A DNA stretch of 64,000 bases, taken from NCBI RefSeq assembly GCF_004010195.1, contig NC_057749.1:22949886-23013885 (forward strand), given 5' to 3'. The translations under genes were made by a program, and so were the position numbers. Shown here piece by piece: positions 50,900-63,340 of this stretch; position 1 is the stretch's first letter; every line of letters begins with the position of its first letter. This DNA comes from Chiloscyllium plagiosum. Lineage: Eukaryota. The notes beneath the pieces are model-generated. The model was not told the origin of the DNA and did no database searches. It saw only the letters and a program-made list of their open reading frames with translations.

Positions 50900-51260
50900 C
50901 TGCCACCTACAAGATGCACTGCAGAAAATCAGCAAGGCTCCCTACACAGCACTTTTCAAACCCACAACCACTACCATCTAGAAGGACAAGGGCAGCAGAT
51001 ATACAGGAAGATCACCACCTGCAAGTTCCCTTCCAACACGCACACCAACCTGACTTGGAAATATATCACTGGTTGTTCTGTGTCGCTGGGTCAACATCCT
51101 GGGATTCCCTGCCTCAGGGCATTGTGGGTCAGCCCATTGCAGGTGAACTGCAGCGGTTCAAGAAAGCAGCTTACCCCCCACCTTCTCAAGGGGCAACTCA
51201 GGTTAGGCAATAAATGCTGGCCCGGCCAGCGATGCCCACATTCGCGAATGAACAAAAAGA
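50900..51260 (+). mobile_element. family-B LINE 3' end
   Basis: YKMHC..RL..QHF.NP.PLP.RRTR; shared tail. Confidence 0.8.
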
Positions 51261-53199
51261 AAGCAAAGAGGTGCATGACACTTTTGACACAAAGAGAGAA
51301 AAAGAGAGTGAGCAAGATAGAATGAGTGTAATAGAGAAAGACATTATTGACAAGCTAGGAGAGTAAGCCACCACAAGAGAGAATGCCAGGAAAAGAGAGA
51401 CAGTGTGAAACTATGGAAGAGAGAGAGACTAACGGACGGAAGTCTAAGAGAGGTAGACAGCATAAGACAAGGAAAATTAATGATAGCCTCTCCTATAATT
51501 AACTTTCAATGTTAGTCAAGTTCAGTCAAGCCATAATGTTAACTATTACAATAATCACTTCATTACTTGACAATGCCAATACAGTGATCAAGGGAAGGTG
51601 ACAGTTGATAATGTCAATGAAATGTAGTTGGTTGGTCTTTTACCAACTGTGGAAGATAGTGAGGGATCGATTTGGGAGTAGAATGGGAAATGGGAAAGAC
51701 ATGGAAGAGGAAAGGCATCAATCTGCAGTGCATCAAGGATGGAGTACCATCAGCCTGGTACACTGGGAATCTGACAAAAAAATAGGGATTTTTTAAAAAA
51801 TGCACAAAAGAAATGAAAATGAATTAAGGGGAAACACACAAGGAGCAGGAATGGGGTGAAAATGAACAGCTGTGTCTTTCCAGCTGTACCAACCTTTACA
51901 TTTTTCACAGATTGGTTTCAGGTGACACTATGCAAGTCAATTACAATATAAAAACCCCATAGATTCCGTTCGCAACATTGATTAATCCATCATCTCCAAA
52001 TGTCCCCAAGCAAACTTGAACAGCTGTTCCAGCTCCACACACTGGCAGGGTTCAAGCTGCTCTGGACCCGAAGGAGAAGCCACCATCTTCAGTAAAGCAT
52101 GGGGCTGGAATCCAGTTTCCAGAAGAAAATGCAATTGCTTCTCAGAAATCTGATACAAATTAAATGTTTTTAACTTCCTTTATCTTTCCAATTCTTAGTG
52201 TGGGATGTGGGCTTTGCTGGCAAGCCCAGTATTTGTTACCCATTACTAACTGAAGGTGTCAGTCAGTCACCCAGTTGAACTGTTGCTATTCAGCTGGCAT
52301 TTGGAGCAACTTGGTACATCTTGCTAAACCCTTTCACAGAGCACTTAAAGGTCAACCACGTTACCATGGTTCGAGTGTTACATGTAAGAAAACTGGTTTT
52401 TGAACAGAGTTCAAGTCCATAATTTTACGGAGAACTTTAGTTTTCCATAGAATCATTGAAATGAGGAGCAGGAGTAGGCTACTGGGTCTATCCAATCTGC
52501 TCCACTGTTCAGTATGAGTATGGCTGATCCTCTACCTCAACAGCATACTTTCTCTTGGTCATCCTTTGAACGTGTAAAAACGCATCAGTCTGTTTCTTGA
52601 ATATACTCAGCAACCCAGCCTCCACAGCCTTCTGTGATCATGAAAAAATAATTATTCGCTTTCTAATTGGATTGGGTAAGCTTGAAAAATGTCCATTGGC
52701 AAGAGTGTGGAGCACAGGATGGTGCAAACCTTACAGTCAAACATCATGGGTTACATGCCACCACAGTGCGCTACTCTAGTCTTCAAGGAAAGTCTTGAGG
52801 ATATTCTACAAGACCGAGGGATGCAAAGGAACGGCCATTAGTGGTGAAAGTGTGAACACCGAGCCAGAGTTAGATGAATGATGCATTCAATGGTGGGAGT
52901 CAGTAGGATATTAGAGACGTGATAAGGTTTTGAAGGTGTTTCAAGTGGCAGGAATTTTAGATTGCAGATTTCACGGGAGCAAAATAACCCTGACAGACTA
53001 ACCCTAACCCGATATTGAGATCGAATGCAGGCAGCAGACTGTTAGGTGGGTTGAGGTTAATGGGAGATGGAGAATGGGAGATCACCCAGAAGAGCTTCAA
53101 AATAGCCAAACCTGAAAGTGACAGATGAGGGTTTCCTATGAGCATCTGCTTAAAACACAAGTTCTGATTTGTTTCCATACTTAGTCGTGACAATAGTGA

Positions 53200-54010
53200 A
53201 GATAGAACAGAGAACAGTACAGCACAGTACAGTACCCTTCGGATTTCAATGTTTTATCCTACTCTAAGATCAAACTAACCGATATAACCCTTCATTTTAC
53301 TATCATCCATGCGCCTATTCAAGAGTCACTTAAATGTCCCTAATATCTCTGACTCTATCACCACCGCTGTCAGTGCAATCCGTGCACCCACCACTCTCTG
53401 TTTAAGAACCTACCTCTGACATCTCCCCTAAGCCTTCCTCCAATCACCTTATAACTATGGCCCCTCATGATAGCCATTTCTGCTCTGGGAAATAGTCTCT
53501 GGCTATCCACCCTATTTATGCCTCTCATCATCTTGTACCCTCTATCAAGTCACCTCTCATCCTTCTTCACTCCAATGAGAAAAGCCCTAGCTCCCTCAAC
53601 CTTTCTTCATAAGACCTGCCATTCCAGACAGCATCCTGGTAAATCTCCTCTGCACTCTCTCTAAAGCTTCCATATCCTTCCCATAATGAAGTGACCAGAG
53701 CTGAACACAATATTCCAGGTGTGGTCTAACCAGTGTTTTATAGAGCTGCAGCATAACCTTGTGGCTCTTAAACTCAATCCCTTGCTAATGATAGCCAACA
53801 CACCATATGCCTTCTTAACAACTCTATCAACTTGGCTGGCAACTTTGAGGGATCTATGGATGTGGACCCCAAGATCCTCCACACTGCCAAGAATCCTGCC
53901 TTTAACCCTGTATTCTGCATTCAAATTCCACCTTCCAAGATGAATCATTTCACACTTTTCCAGATTGAACTCCATCTGCCACTTTTCAGCCCAGCTCTGC
54001 ATTCTGTCAA
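53200..54010 (-). mobile_element. CR1 fragment
   Basis: WAEKWQMEFNLEKCEMIHLG. Confidence 0.9.
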
Positions 54011-54019
54011 AGTGGTACA

Positions 54020-54545
54020 AATTTCACATTTGGGATATTGTGAGCAGTTTTGGGCCCCGTATCTAAGGAGGAATGTGTTAATGTTGGAAGGGATCCAGGG
54101 GAGGTTTACAACAATGATCCTGGCATATGAGGAGTGGTTGAGGACTCTGGGTCTGTACCCAATTCAGTTTAAAAGGATGAGGGAGAATCTCATTGAAACT
54201 TATAGAACACTGAGAGGCCTGAATAGAGTGGACATGGAGACATTTCTGTTAAGAGGAGAGACTAGGATCCAAGGAAAAGGCCTGAGAGTGAAGGGACAAC
54301 CCTTTAGAACTGAAATGGGGAGGATTTCTTCAACCAGATGCTGGTGAATCTGTGGAACTCAGAAAACTGTGGAGATTAAGTCACAAAGTACATTTAAGAC
54401 AAAGATAGATAAGTTGTTGATGAGTTAGGAGATCTAGGGTTATGGGAGGGAAGGCAGGAGATTGGTTGAGAAATATATCAGCTATGATAGAAGGCAGAGT
54501 AGATTCTATGGGCTGAATGACCTAATTCTGCTCCCATATCTTACA
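54020..54545 (+). mobile_element. CR1 3' fragment
   Basis: HLGYCEQFWAPYLR. Confidence 0.85.
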
Positions 54546-55334
54546 GTTGTATCCAGGTACAAATATCTTCTGTCATCATTTCCAGACCTTAGAGAGGTCT
54601 CCAAACAGCCCTTGTTCTTTAATTCCTGACCAGCAGTACTGATCTGGTAGTGCCTCAGTGATACCCCCTCTGAAAAGCTTGTGACCTCTCCCATCCAGAA
54701 GAACATGGACAGTGAGTACATAGGACCACCAGCACGCCCATGTTTTACACTATCTGGGATCTGGATATACATTTTTCTCCCTCAGTGCATTCTCAGCAGA
54801 ATGGCAAATATATCTCCAGCAGTTCAAGAAGTTGACTCAGTGTTCCCACCACCACCACATCAAGGATGTGCCGAGACAGATGGTAAATGCTGACCTTGTC
54901 ACCAATGCATACAATCCTGGAATGAACGAGGAAAATAACAATTTCAGAGGCAAAATGACAAACTACTCAGCAAGTACTTGCTGGTTTGTTTGTAAACATA
55001 AGGAACAGTGACACAAACCATGCCACGAGCTATCACTGCATTATTTAAAATTCACACTCCTCTGACTAAATTAACACACCACTCTCTCCACTCACCAATT
55101 AAAGAAAATTTAGGAGCATTTTAATGAATTATAAAATGTAATTTACATTGAATCCAGACTTCGAAACATTAAGATTTCCAACATTTTAATCATATCTGTG
55201 TTTGCTTTTTATGTATAATTATTGCATTTCTGTCTAGTCCCCTGCTTCTAAGAGAATGGTTAACATACATGTTTAAAATGAATTAAACCTTCTCTTGAAG
55301 AAGCAGCCAAAGCGATTAAAAGCAATAGAATCTC

Positions 55335-55550
55335 TAGGGTGGAAACAGGCCACTCAGCCCAATGAGTTCACACTGTTCCTCCTAAAGAGCGTGCCACCCA
55401 GATCCTGCAACCTTGCACCTCCATGGTCAGCGCACCCAACCTACACATCCCTGAACACTATGGGGCAATTTAGCATGGCCAGTCCACCCAACCTGCAAAT
55501 CTTTGGACTGCGGGGCAAAACCGAAGCACGCGGAGGAAACCCACACAGAA
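55335..55550 (-). mobile_element. HE1-like SINE fragment
   Basis: Tail and V-domain. Confidence 0.75.
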
Positions 55551-56142
55551 TTTTATACTCAGTAATCCCTAGCAATAGTTGTGCAATAAACTAAGCATTA
55601 ACCTGTTTAAGAATAATGCTTGCTGTAGGTTTCTACTTTGTACACATTGATCATCTGGAACAAACTTCACTCAAAATTGTACTATTTTATTAAAATGAAG
55701 TTATGGTTTTGCATTTTTACTGACATTTATTTGGATATTCCCAACATACAATCATTTATGATCCAGTGCAAGAAGCAACATTTCAAGATGTTTTAATGTT
55801 AAAGAAGATTCCTTGAAATATTTGAGATTTATATTTTACACAGTTTTGTTAATCTAGCTGAAAATGAGTTTATCACTATTATCAAAAACTTCATGACTAA
55901 ATAAGCATATTTAATAAGAATATCTGGTTCATCACCCAAAAGTAACTGTATTTCCAATAATTAATGGATTTTAAAGAAATAGAAATTATACAGAACGACT
56001 TATTAACTTTGTTGGTTTACAAGAAAAATGCTTGAAACTAACAGGTTCAATAGAAGGGCCACACTTGAGCATTGCCATGACTGAAATTTTAATCATTTAT
56101 GTGCACAGACTATTGAAGGTGGCAGGACAGGTGGAGAGAGCA

Positions 56143-56963
56143 GTCATAGAGTCATATAACACAGAAACAGTCCCTTCGGTCCAACCAGTCCACTATGTTC
56201 CCAAACTAAACTAGTTCCATTTGCCCACACTTGGGCCCATATCCTTCCAAACCTTTCCTGTTCATGAACTTATCCAAATGTCTTTTAAATGTTGTAACTG
56301 TACCCGCATCCATCACTTTCTCTGGCATCTCATTCCACACACAAACCACTCCCAGAGTTCAAAAAAATGTTGCCCCTCATATCCTTTTCAAAACTTTTAT
56401 CCTCTCACTTAAAAAATATTCCACCTAAGTATGGAAGTTAGCTCACTGAGCTGGAAGGTTTATTTTCAGACGTTTCGTCACCATAACTAGGTAATATCAT
56501 CAGTGACAGTCTCCGGTGAAGTGCTGGTGGTATGCCCCACCTCTCTATTTATAGGTCTTGGTTTCTTAAGATAGGTGATGTCAGTTCTGGTTCTTTTTTC
56601 CAAGCTCAGCGAGCTAACTTACCTACGTATCATCAACCTGTGCTACAAATCTTCTCAAAAATTGCTAATATTCCCCCTAAATTTGAACTCTCCCACCCTA
56701 GGGAAAAGACCCTTGTCATTCACCTTATCTACACACCTCATGATTTTATAAACCGTAATAAGGTCACCCCTCAACCTCCTACGTTCCAGTGAGAAAAGTC
56801 CTCATCTATTTTTAGATCTCAAACCCTCTCACCCTGGCAATATACCGGTAAATCTTTTCTGAATCCCCTCCAGTTTAATAATATCCTTTCTATAACTGGG
56901 CGACCAGAACTCCAGAAGAGGCCTCACCAACATCCTGTACAACCTCAACATGATGTCCCAACT
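56143..56963 (-). mobile_element. CR1 with nested Poseidon-type PLE fold-back end (56429-56666)
   Basis: LYRMLVRPLLE; nested insert TSD AATATTCC(A/C)CCTAA; hammerhead motif 56466-56506 on minus strand. Confidence 0.85.
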
Positions 56964-56974
56964 CATAATCAGAG

Positions 56975-57636
56975 GTATGATGGCTTTATTAATAGGGAGC
57001 TGTGGGAAAAGATCATTTAACCCACGATAGGCCCACAAAAGCAAATTGGCCAAACTGTACCAAAAACACCCAGGATTCCCAAACAGACTCACAAGCCAAA
57101 TCAGACAGCCCACGCAGACACAAGAATACATTTTAAGCTCACTGACAATGACAAAGCACCACAGATACCTCAAAGCCCCAAGGGCAGTTTCACAACCTAG
57201 TAACACCAAAGCCACACAAAGAGCAGGTCAGACAGAGAGGCACCAGCAAGGACATGCTCCAGGAACAGGGCAATGGAAGCACCTCACCACTTCAGATGAG
57301 ATATTAACACCTACTGGTGAAGAGGAATGGAACCATGATACTGTCAGGATGTTGCATTGTGTGAAGGAACAGGGCATTCATCCAATAGCTGTTTTCCACT
57401 TTGCATCCTTGTAACTCGATTACTCCATTACCAGATACATTGTAGTTTCCCATTTCTTAATCAGCCTCATTGTGCGCATTACTATAAAACTGGTCTCATC
57501 CTCAGCTCTGGGAAGAGAAATCTGATCTACCTGTACAGTCAGTTCTGTGTCAGTCCAGTCAGTTTCTCTTCCAGTGATATCGCTTGCAATAAACTATTTG
57601 TCAATTTCACTTCGAGCTGTGTTTTGTGATCTCTAG
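56975..57636 (+). mobile_element. LTR-like non-coding insert
   Basis: Interrupts an old CR1; TATAAAA near 57483 and AATAAA near 57588; boundaries and TSD not resolved. Confidence 0.35.
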
Positions 57637-57789
57637 GCAAAAGTGAGGACTGCAGATGCAGGAAATCAGAATCTCAATTAGAGTGATGCTGGAAAAGCAC
57701 AGCAGGTCAGGCAGCATCTAAGGAGCAGGAAAATCGATGTTTCAGGCAAAAGTCCTTCATCAGGAATGAAGGCAGGGAGATCTCTAGCA

Positions 57790-58261
57790 TATTGGGCAAT
57801 TTTTTTCATCAGAGGCACAATGTGCAAAAGCAAAGAGGAGATATTGGACTTGGATAAGACACTTGTTAGACCTCAGCTAGAACATTGTATACAACTGTGG
57901 ACATCACATCATAAGAAGGATGCGAATGTTTTGGAGACAGTGCAGAAGTGATTTACAAGAATGGGTCTTGGGATAAGTTTCAGTAATGAAGATAGATTTA
58001 AGAAGTTGGGACTGTTATTTTTGGAGAAAAGAAAGCTGAGAGGAGATTTGATGGAGGTTTTCAAAATCATGAGCAGACTGGATAGAGTAGATTGGGAGAA
58101 GCTGTTCCCACTCATAAACATAACAAAACTAAGAGGTCATTGATTTAGAGTGATGCACAAATGGAGCAAGGGTGATGTGAGGCAAACCTTTTTACTCAGC
58201 AAATCGTTAAGGTGTGGAATGTACTGCCTGGATAATGTGGTGGAGGCAGGTTCGATTGAGG
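57790..58261 (+). mobile_element. older CR1 subfamily fragment (resumes near 59170)
   Basis: KTLVRPQLEHCIQLW, LEKRKLRGDL. Confidence 0.87.
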
Positions 58262-59168
58262 TAAAAACAATGACTGCAGATGCTGGAAACCAGATCCTGG
58301 ATTAGTGGTGCTGGAAGAGCACAGCAGTTCAGGCAGCATCCGAGGAGCAATAAAATTGACGTTTCGGGCAAAAGCCCTTCATCAGGAATACAAGCAGAGA
58401 GCCTGAAGGGTGGAGAGATAAGTGAGAGGAGGGTGGGGTGAGGAGAAAGTAGCATAGAGTACAATAGGCGAGTGGGGGAGGGGATGAAGGTGATAGGTCA
58501 GGGGCGGGGGGGAGGGTGGAGTGGATAGGTGGAAAAGAAGATAGACATGTCAGGACAGGTCATGGGGTCAGTGCTGAACTGGAAGTTTGGAACTGGGGTG
58601 AGGTGGGGGAAGGGGAAATGAGGAAACTGTTGAAGTCCACATTGATGCCCTGGGGTTGAAATGTTCTGAGGCGGAAGATGAGGCGTTCTTCCTCCAGGCG
58701 CCTGGTGGTGAGGGAGCGGCGGTGAAGGAGGCCCAGGACCTCCATGTCCTCGGCAGAGTGGGAGGGGGAGTTGAAATGTTGGGCCACAGGGCGGTGTGGT
58801 TGATTGGTGCGGGTGTCCCAGAGATGTACTCTCAAGCGCTCTGCAAGGAGACATCCAGTCTCCCCAATGTAGAGGAGACCGCATCGGGAGCAACGGATAC
58901 AATAAATTATATTGGTGGACGTGCAGGTAAAACTTTGATGGATGTGGAAGGCTCGGCAGAAGGTGTGGGCGCAGGTTTTGCAATTCCTGCGGTGGCAGGG
59001 GAAAGTGCCAGGATGGGAGGGTGGGTTGAAGGGGGGCGTGGACCTGACCAGGTAGTCACAGAGGGAACGGTCTTTGCAGATATTCATACGGGTGCCCATG
59101 GCTACCCCTTTGGTCTGGAGGAAGTGGGAGGATTCGAAGGAGAAATTGTTAAGGGTGAGGACCAGCAA
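58262..59168 (-). mobile_element. Neptune-type PLE, internally deleted (RT motif, Zn-finger linker, GIY-YIG, hammerhead tail)
   Basis: KGVAMGTRM; CHRRNCKTC; NIIYCIRCSRCGLLYIGETG; hammerhead core at 58356-58388. Confidence 0.92.
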
Positions 59169-59530
59169 GAGGGGATTGGATGATTATTTTGTTCAAAATG
59201 GTGAGCAGAGATACGGGGAACAGGCAAACTAAACCATATCACTTTGTTCAGTAATCCCTAGCAATTGTTGTGTAATAAACTAGCCATTATCCTGTTCAAG
59301 AATAACGCTTTGCTTGTAGGTTGTTATGATGTTAGGTTATTTGAAAAACTAAAAAGTGGCCTAATAGGGCTCACTAAATTCAGATCTTTGATGGGGCTGT
59401 GACAGTGCAAGTAGCAGAAACACACAATGCTAATTTTATTTCATCATAGTAACAAAGGAAACATAAATTTATGACTGTCTCCTCTTTTGAAATCAGCTAG
59501 CCTTAGTATAAAGCAACTGATAATGAAAGG

Positions 59531-59750
59531 TATGCTTTGGAGGTGCCGGTGTTGGACTGGGGTGTACAAAGTTAAAAATCACACAACACCAGGTTATAGT
59601 CCAACAAGTTTATTTGGAAACACTAGCTTTCAGAGCACTGCTCCTTCATTAGGTGGTTGCAACCACTTGATGAAGGAATGGTGCTCCAAAAGCATGTGCT
59701 TCCAAATAAACCTATTGGACGATAACCTGGTGTTGTGTGATTTTTAACTT
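59531..59750. mobile_element. fold-back GGAGC-family element
   Basis: Arms about 59568-59660 and 59661-59752; 13-bp TSD TGATAATGAAAGG. Confidence 0.85.
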
Positions 59751-60119
59751 TGATAATGAAAGGATTTGTGAAAGTGCAAATATATGTGTTCATTTGCTTA
59801 CAAATTTAGCATTGATGTGGAACAGGGTCAAACAATTTGTTTCCACATCGTGACTTACATCTATTCTAAATCAACTGTCATTCTAAAACCATCGGAGGTG
59901 GACACAGTTCAGTTTCTCCATAAAAAGCATAGTGACACATACGTCTAAATGAGTTTATTTCATGTTTCTAGCTTTAGATTAACATCAAACATTCGCAAAG
60001 GAGAAGAAATGTGTTATTTGCTGTAAACTGAAGAGATATAGTGAAATCTAAAATTACTCAAAACATTTTTTATTACTTCTCATTTATCTGTTTATGGTTC
60101 AATAAGGCTGATGTAATGA

Positions 60120-60330
60120 AATAAAATGAAGAACTACAGACGCTAGAAATTGGGAACAACCACAGAAATTGTGAGATAAACTCAACAGGTCTCACAGAGT
60201 TACCGTTTTGAGTCTAGTGACCCTTCATCAGAATAGAAGTTCTCACAAAAAGTTGAAACGTTAACCACATTTTTCTCTCTCTGCAGATGCTGCCAGACCT
60301 GCTGGGTTTCTCCAGCAATTTCTGCTTTGA
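60120..60330. mobile_element. fold-back GGGTC-family PLE end
   Basis: cagaaattg...gagtctagtgacccttcatcagaa / gaaacgttaac...cagcaatttctg. Confidence 0.7.
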
Positions 60331-61329
60331 AGTCCGAAATAATGTAAGGTCTAACACAGTGCTTCCCACACTTTCTTCAACAGTGAGCCTATTTTGAGCG
60401 AGGTCAACATTAAGTTTAGAATGTGAGAGGTCCATTCAGAAGTCTAATAATAGTGATGACATGTGTTTAAGTATTCATAGCTTCTGCCAGACTGAAGAGG
60501 TAGGAAGAGCTTATAACCAGGGTAGGAGGGGGTTCTTTGATGATGTTGACTGCCTTCCCAAAGACAGTCCATTTGATTTTAGCTTTTTTGTCACATGACT
60601 GTGGGTTTGAGACTGACTGGTCAAGGAGCAAGCAAACTCAATGTGGCATCAAAACCTACAGCTGAATTTTATGCTCCTGTTTCTCTAATTTAATAGATAT
60701 TTAATAGATATTGAGGATTCACCAATAAGTCCAGTGTAGGCTATTGGAGCTGAGGAAAATATACAATGTAACACTGAAAAACATCAGGAGAATGCAACAA
60801 TTATTATAGACAGAATTTGCTTTGGGTCTCTCACGAAGAAATGTTGCTCAGATACAGGAGATAACTGGTTCAATTTGCTATAGTCACTTCTCTCATTATC
60901 AGACCGCAGTCCACTGGGAATGATTGCATTTCTTCAATGTGATCAGTGTGACTCATTAGTACATGCTACAGAGTCCCAATCCAGTCAGAACAAAATAATA
61001 TTTGTTGGGCCAAAAGGCCTGTTTCCACACTGTAGGGATTCTATGATTCTATGAAAATTATACGTTGAGCATCTCAATGAAAAATATAGCAGTGAGTTTA
61101 CACTGCTATATGCGTAAGAAATCTGGAAATAATTGGTATTTTAGCTGCCATCAATATTTTTAGTTAATTGCATATTGTTTAACATCATTAGCTGCCATCT
61201 TTTAGCAACTTCTGGCAATGTTGCATCTTCAATGACAGCCATAAAGATTATAAATAGTATATTGAATACAATCCGCTAAATAGAGAAACATTTGTTCATG
61301 GGATTTTCAGCTGTTTAATTATGATATGT

Positions 61330-61790
61330 TATTCCACAGCATTTCCCCACCCTATAATCTCTGTAACGTCCTCCATCCTTACAACCCTCCAACCCTCCAA
61401 AGACTCCACATTAGTCCAACTCTGGGGCCTCTTGAAGAGCCTCTGTATCCTCCCCCGTCTACCCCATCACTGACGGACTTTATTACGAGCAGCCCACATC
61501 TTACATTCCAGAATTCTCATCCTAAAAGCTTTCCACTTCTCCATTCAAGGTGTTCCTTAATTCCATACCTTTGAACCTAAGATGGTGCCATAAGTGACGA
61601 CTTGTAAACTTTTTACTGTGCTCATGTGAGTACATGTGACAATAAACCTCATCCTACCAAAGCCTACCTCCTTGACCAAGATTTTGGTCACCCATCCTAA
61701 TCTCTCCTTTGTCCCAGTGTCACATTTTCTTTCACACTTTCTCTGTGAAGGGCTTACAGTGTCAACATATAAATGCAGTAAGTGTTGAGT
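61330..61790 (+). mobile_element. L2-like 3' end with nested Rex-type tail (61560-61650)
   Basis: cctacctc.ttgaccaag.ttttggtcacc; nested gagtacatgtgacaataaa. Confidence 0.6.
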
Positions 61791-61819
61791 TGGCAAGACC
61801 AGTGTCCCTTCCATAAGGC

Positions 61820-62355
61820 CGTAATATGTAAGAGCAGGAGTAGGACCTTCAGTCCACTGAGCCTGCTCCGCCATGCAATGAAGTCGTGGCTGTTTTGATC
61901 ATCTCCAACTTCACTCTCCTGCCTTTTCCCTATAACCCTTGATTCCCTTCCTGATTAAAACTTGCCTCTGTCTCAGCCTTGAATATACTTAACGACCCAG
62001 CCTCAGCAGCTCTCTGCAGTGAAAGTTTCACAGATTCACGACCCTCTGAGAAAAGAAAACTTCCTCATCTCTGTCTTCAATGTGCAACCCATTAATCTGA
62101 GATTATGCACTCTGGTCCTAGACTCCCCACAGGGGAACCAATCTTTCCACATCTACCTTGTCAAGTCCACTAAGAATCTTGCATGTCTCAATAAAGTTAC
62201 GTCTCGTTCTTCTTAATCCCAGTCAGCATGGGACCAATCTACTCAATCTTTCCTCATATGAAAATCCCTCCCTTTCTGGTGAACTATCTCTCAACTGCCT
62301 TCACTGCCATTATATCTTTCCTTTGAAAAGAGGCCCAAGCTGTTGACAGTATTAG
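61820..62355 (-). mobile_element. CR1 3' end
   Basis: Reverse CR1 3'UTR and ORF2 end. Confidence 0.85.
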
Positions 62356-62529
62356 TATCAGCATCCATTTCAAAACATAGAATATCACAGAACAAACAGA
62401 GGGATGCAGCCTATTGAGTACGTGCTGGCTGTTAAAAAGAACAATCAAGTTAGTTCCACTCTCTCTACGTCTGTCCCAATATCTCCTTCAAGTTTTTTGT
62501 CAAATTCGCTTTTGAAAGCTCCCCACAAC

Positions 62530-63340
62530 TCTTTCTCTGGTGCATCGAATGACATCATCGGTGCTGGTCTCCTCTCTCTCGTTCGGAATTGGAAAAGTTT
62601 ATCTAGTCAGCTTCAAATTTCCACCCCGCTCTCACCTTCACCTGGTCCATCTTCTACTCCTCCCTTCCCTTCCTTGGCACCCATTTCTGGGAATAGGCTG
62701 GTCACCAATCTCTACTACAAATCCCCTGACTCCCGCAGTTACCTTGAGTATCCATTCTCATAATGCCCCCTGTAAGGACTCTGTTTGCTTCTGCTAGTTT
62801 CTCTGTCTCTGACTCTGTCACATCTATTCCAATGATGCAAGTTTATATAAGGAGGGCCTCCATAACGTTCACCTTCTTCCTCAACTGAGGATTCCCCACC
62901 GCCGTTGTTAAATGGGCTTCTCTGCCATGTCCTACCCATCTTCCATACTTTGGCCCTCACCCCTTCTCTTCCCTCCCACATACACTGATAGGGTCTCTCG
63001 TGTCCTCACTTACCACCTCACCAGCACCCACATCCAAAGGATCATTAGCTGCTATTTCCACCACCTCCAGCTGGATGCCACCACCAGGCACTTATTCCCC
63101 TGTCTTCCCTTGTCAGCCTTCCACAGGGACTGTTCACTCCAGGACACCCTGTTCCACTCCTCCTTTCCTGATGAAGGGCTCCTGCCCGAAACGTCGATTC
63201 TCCTGCTCCTCGGATACTGCATGACCTGCTGTGCTTTTCCAGCACTCTCCACTCCTCCTTCACCCCCAACATGTCCCTGTGACCCCTCCCACCTTCCCAT
63301 TACTGTTTTTGTTTCAGTTTTCCAGCATCCGCAGTTCTGT
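62530..63340 (+). mobile_element. Neptune-type PLE RT C-terminal fragment with nested tail (63166-63247)
   Basis: TNLYYKSPDSRSYLEY, DRVSRVLTYHLTS.HIQRII; nested insert TSD TCCACTCCTCCTT with hammerhead 63166-63197. Confidence 0.82.
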
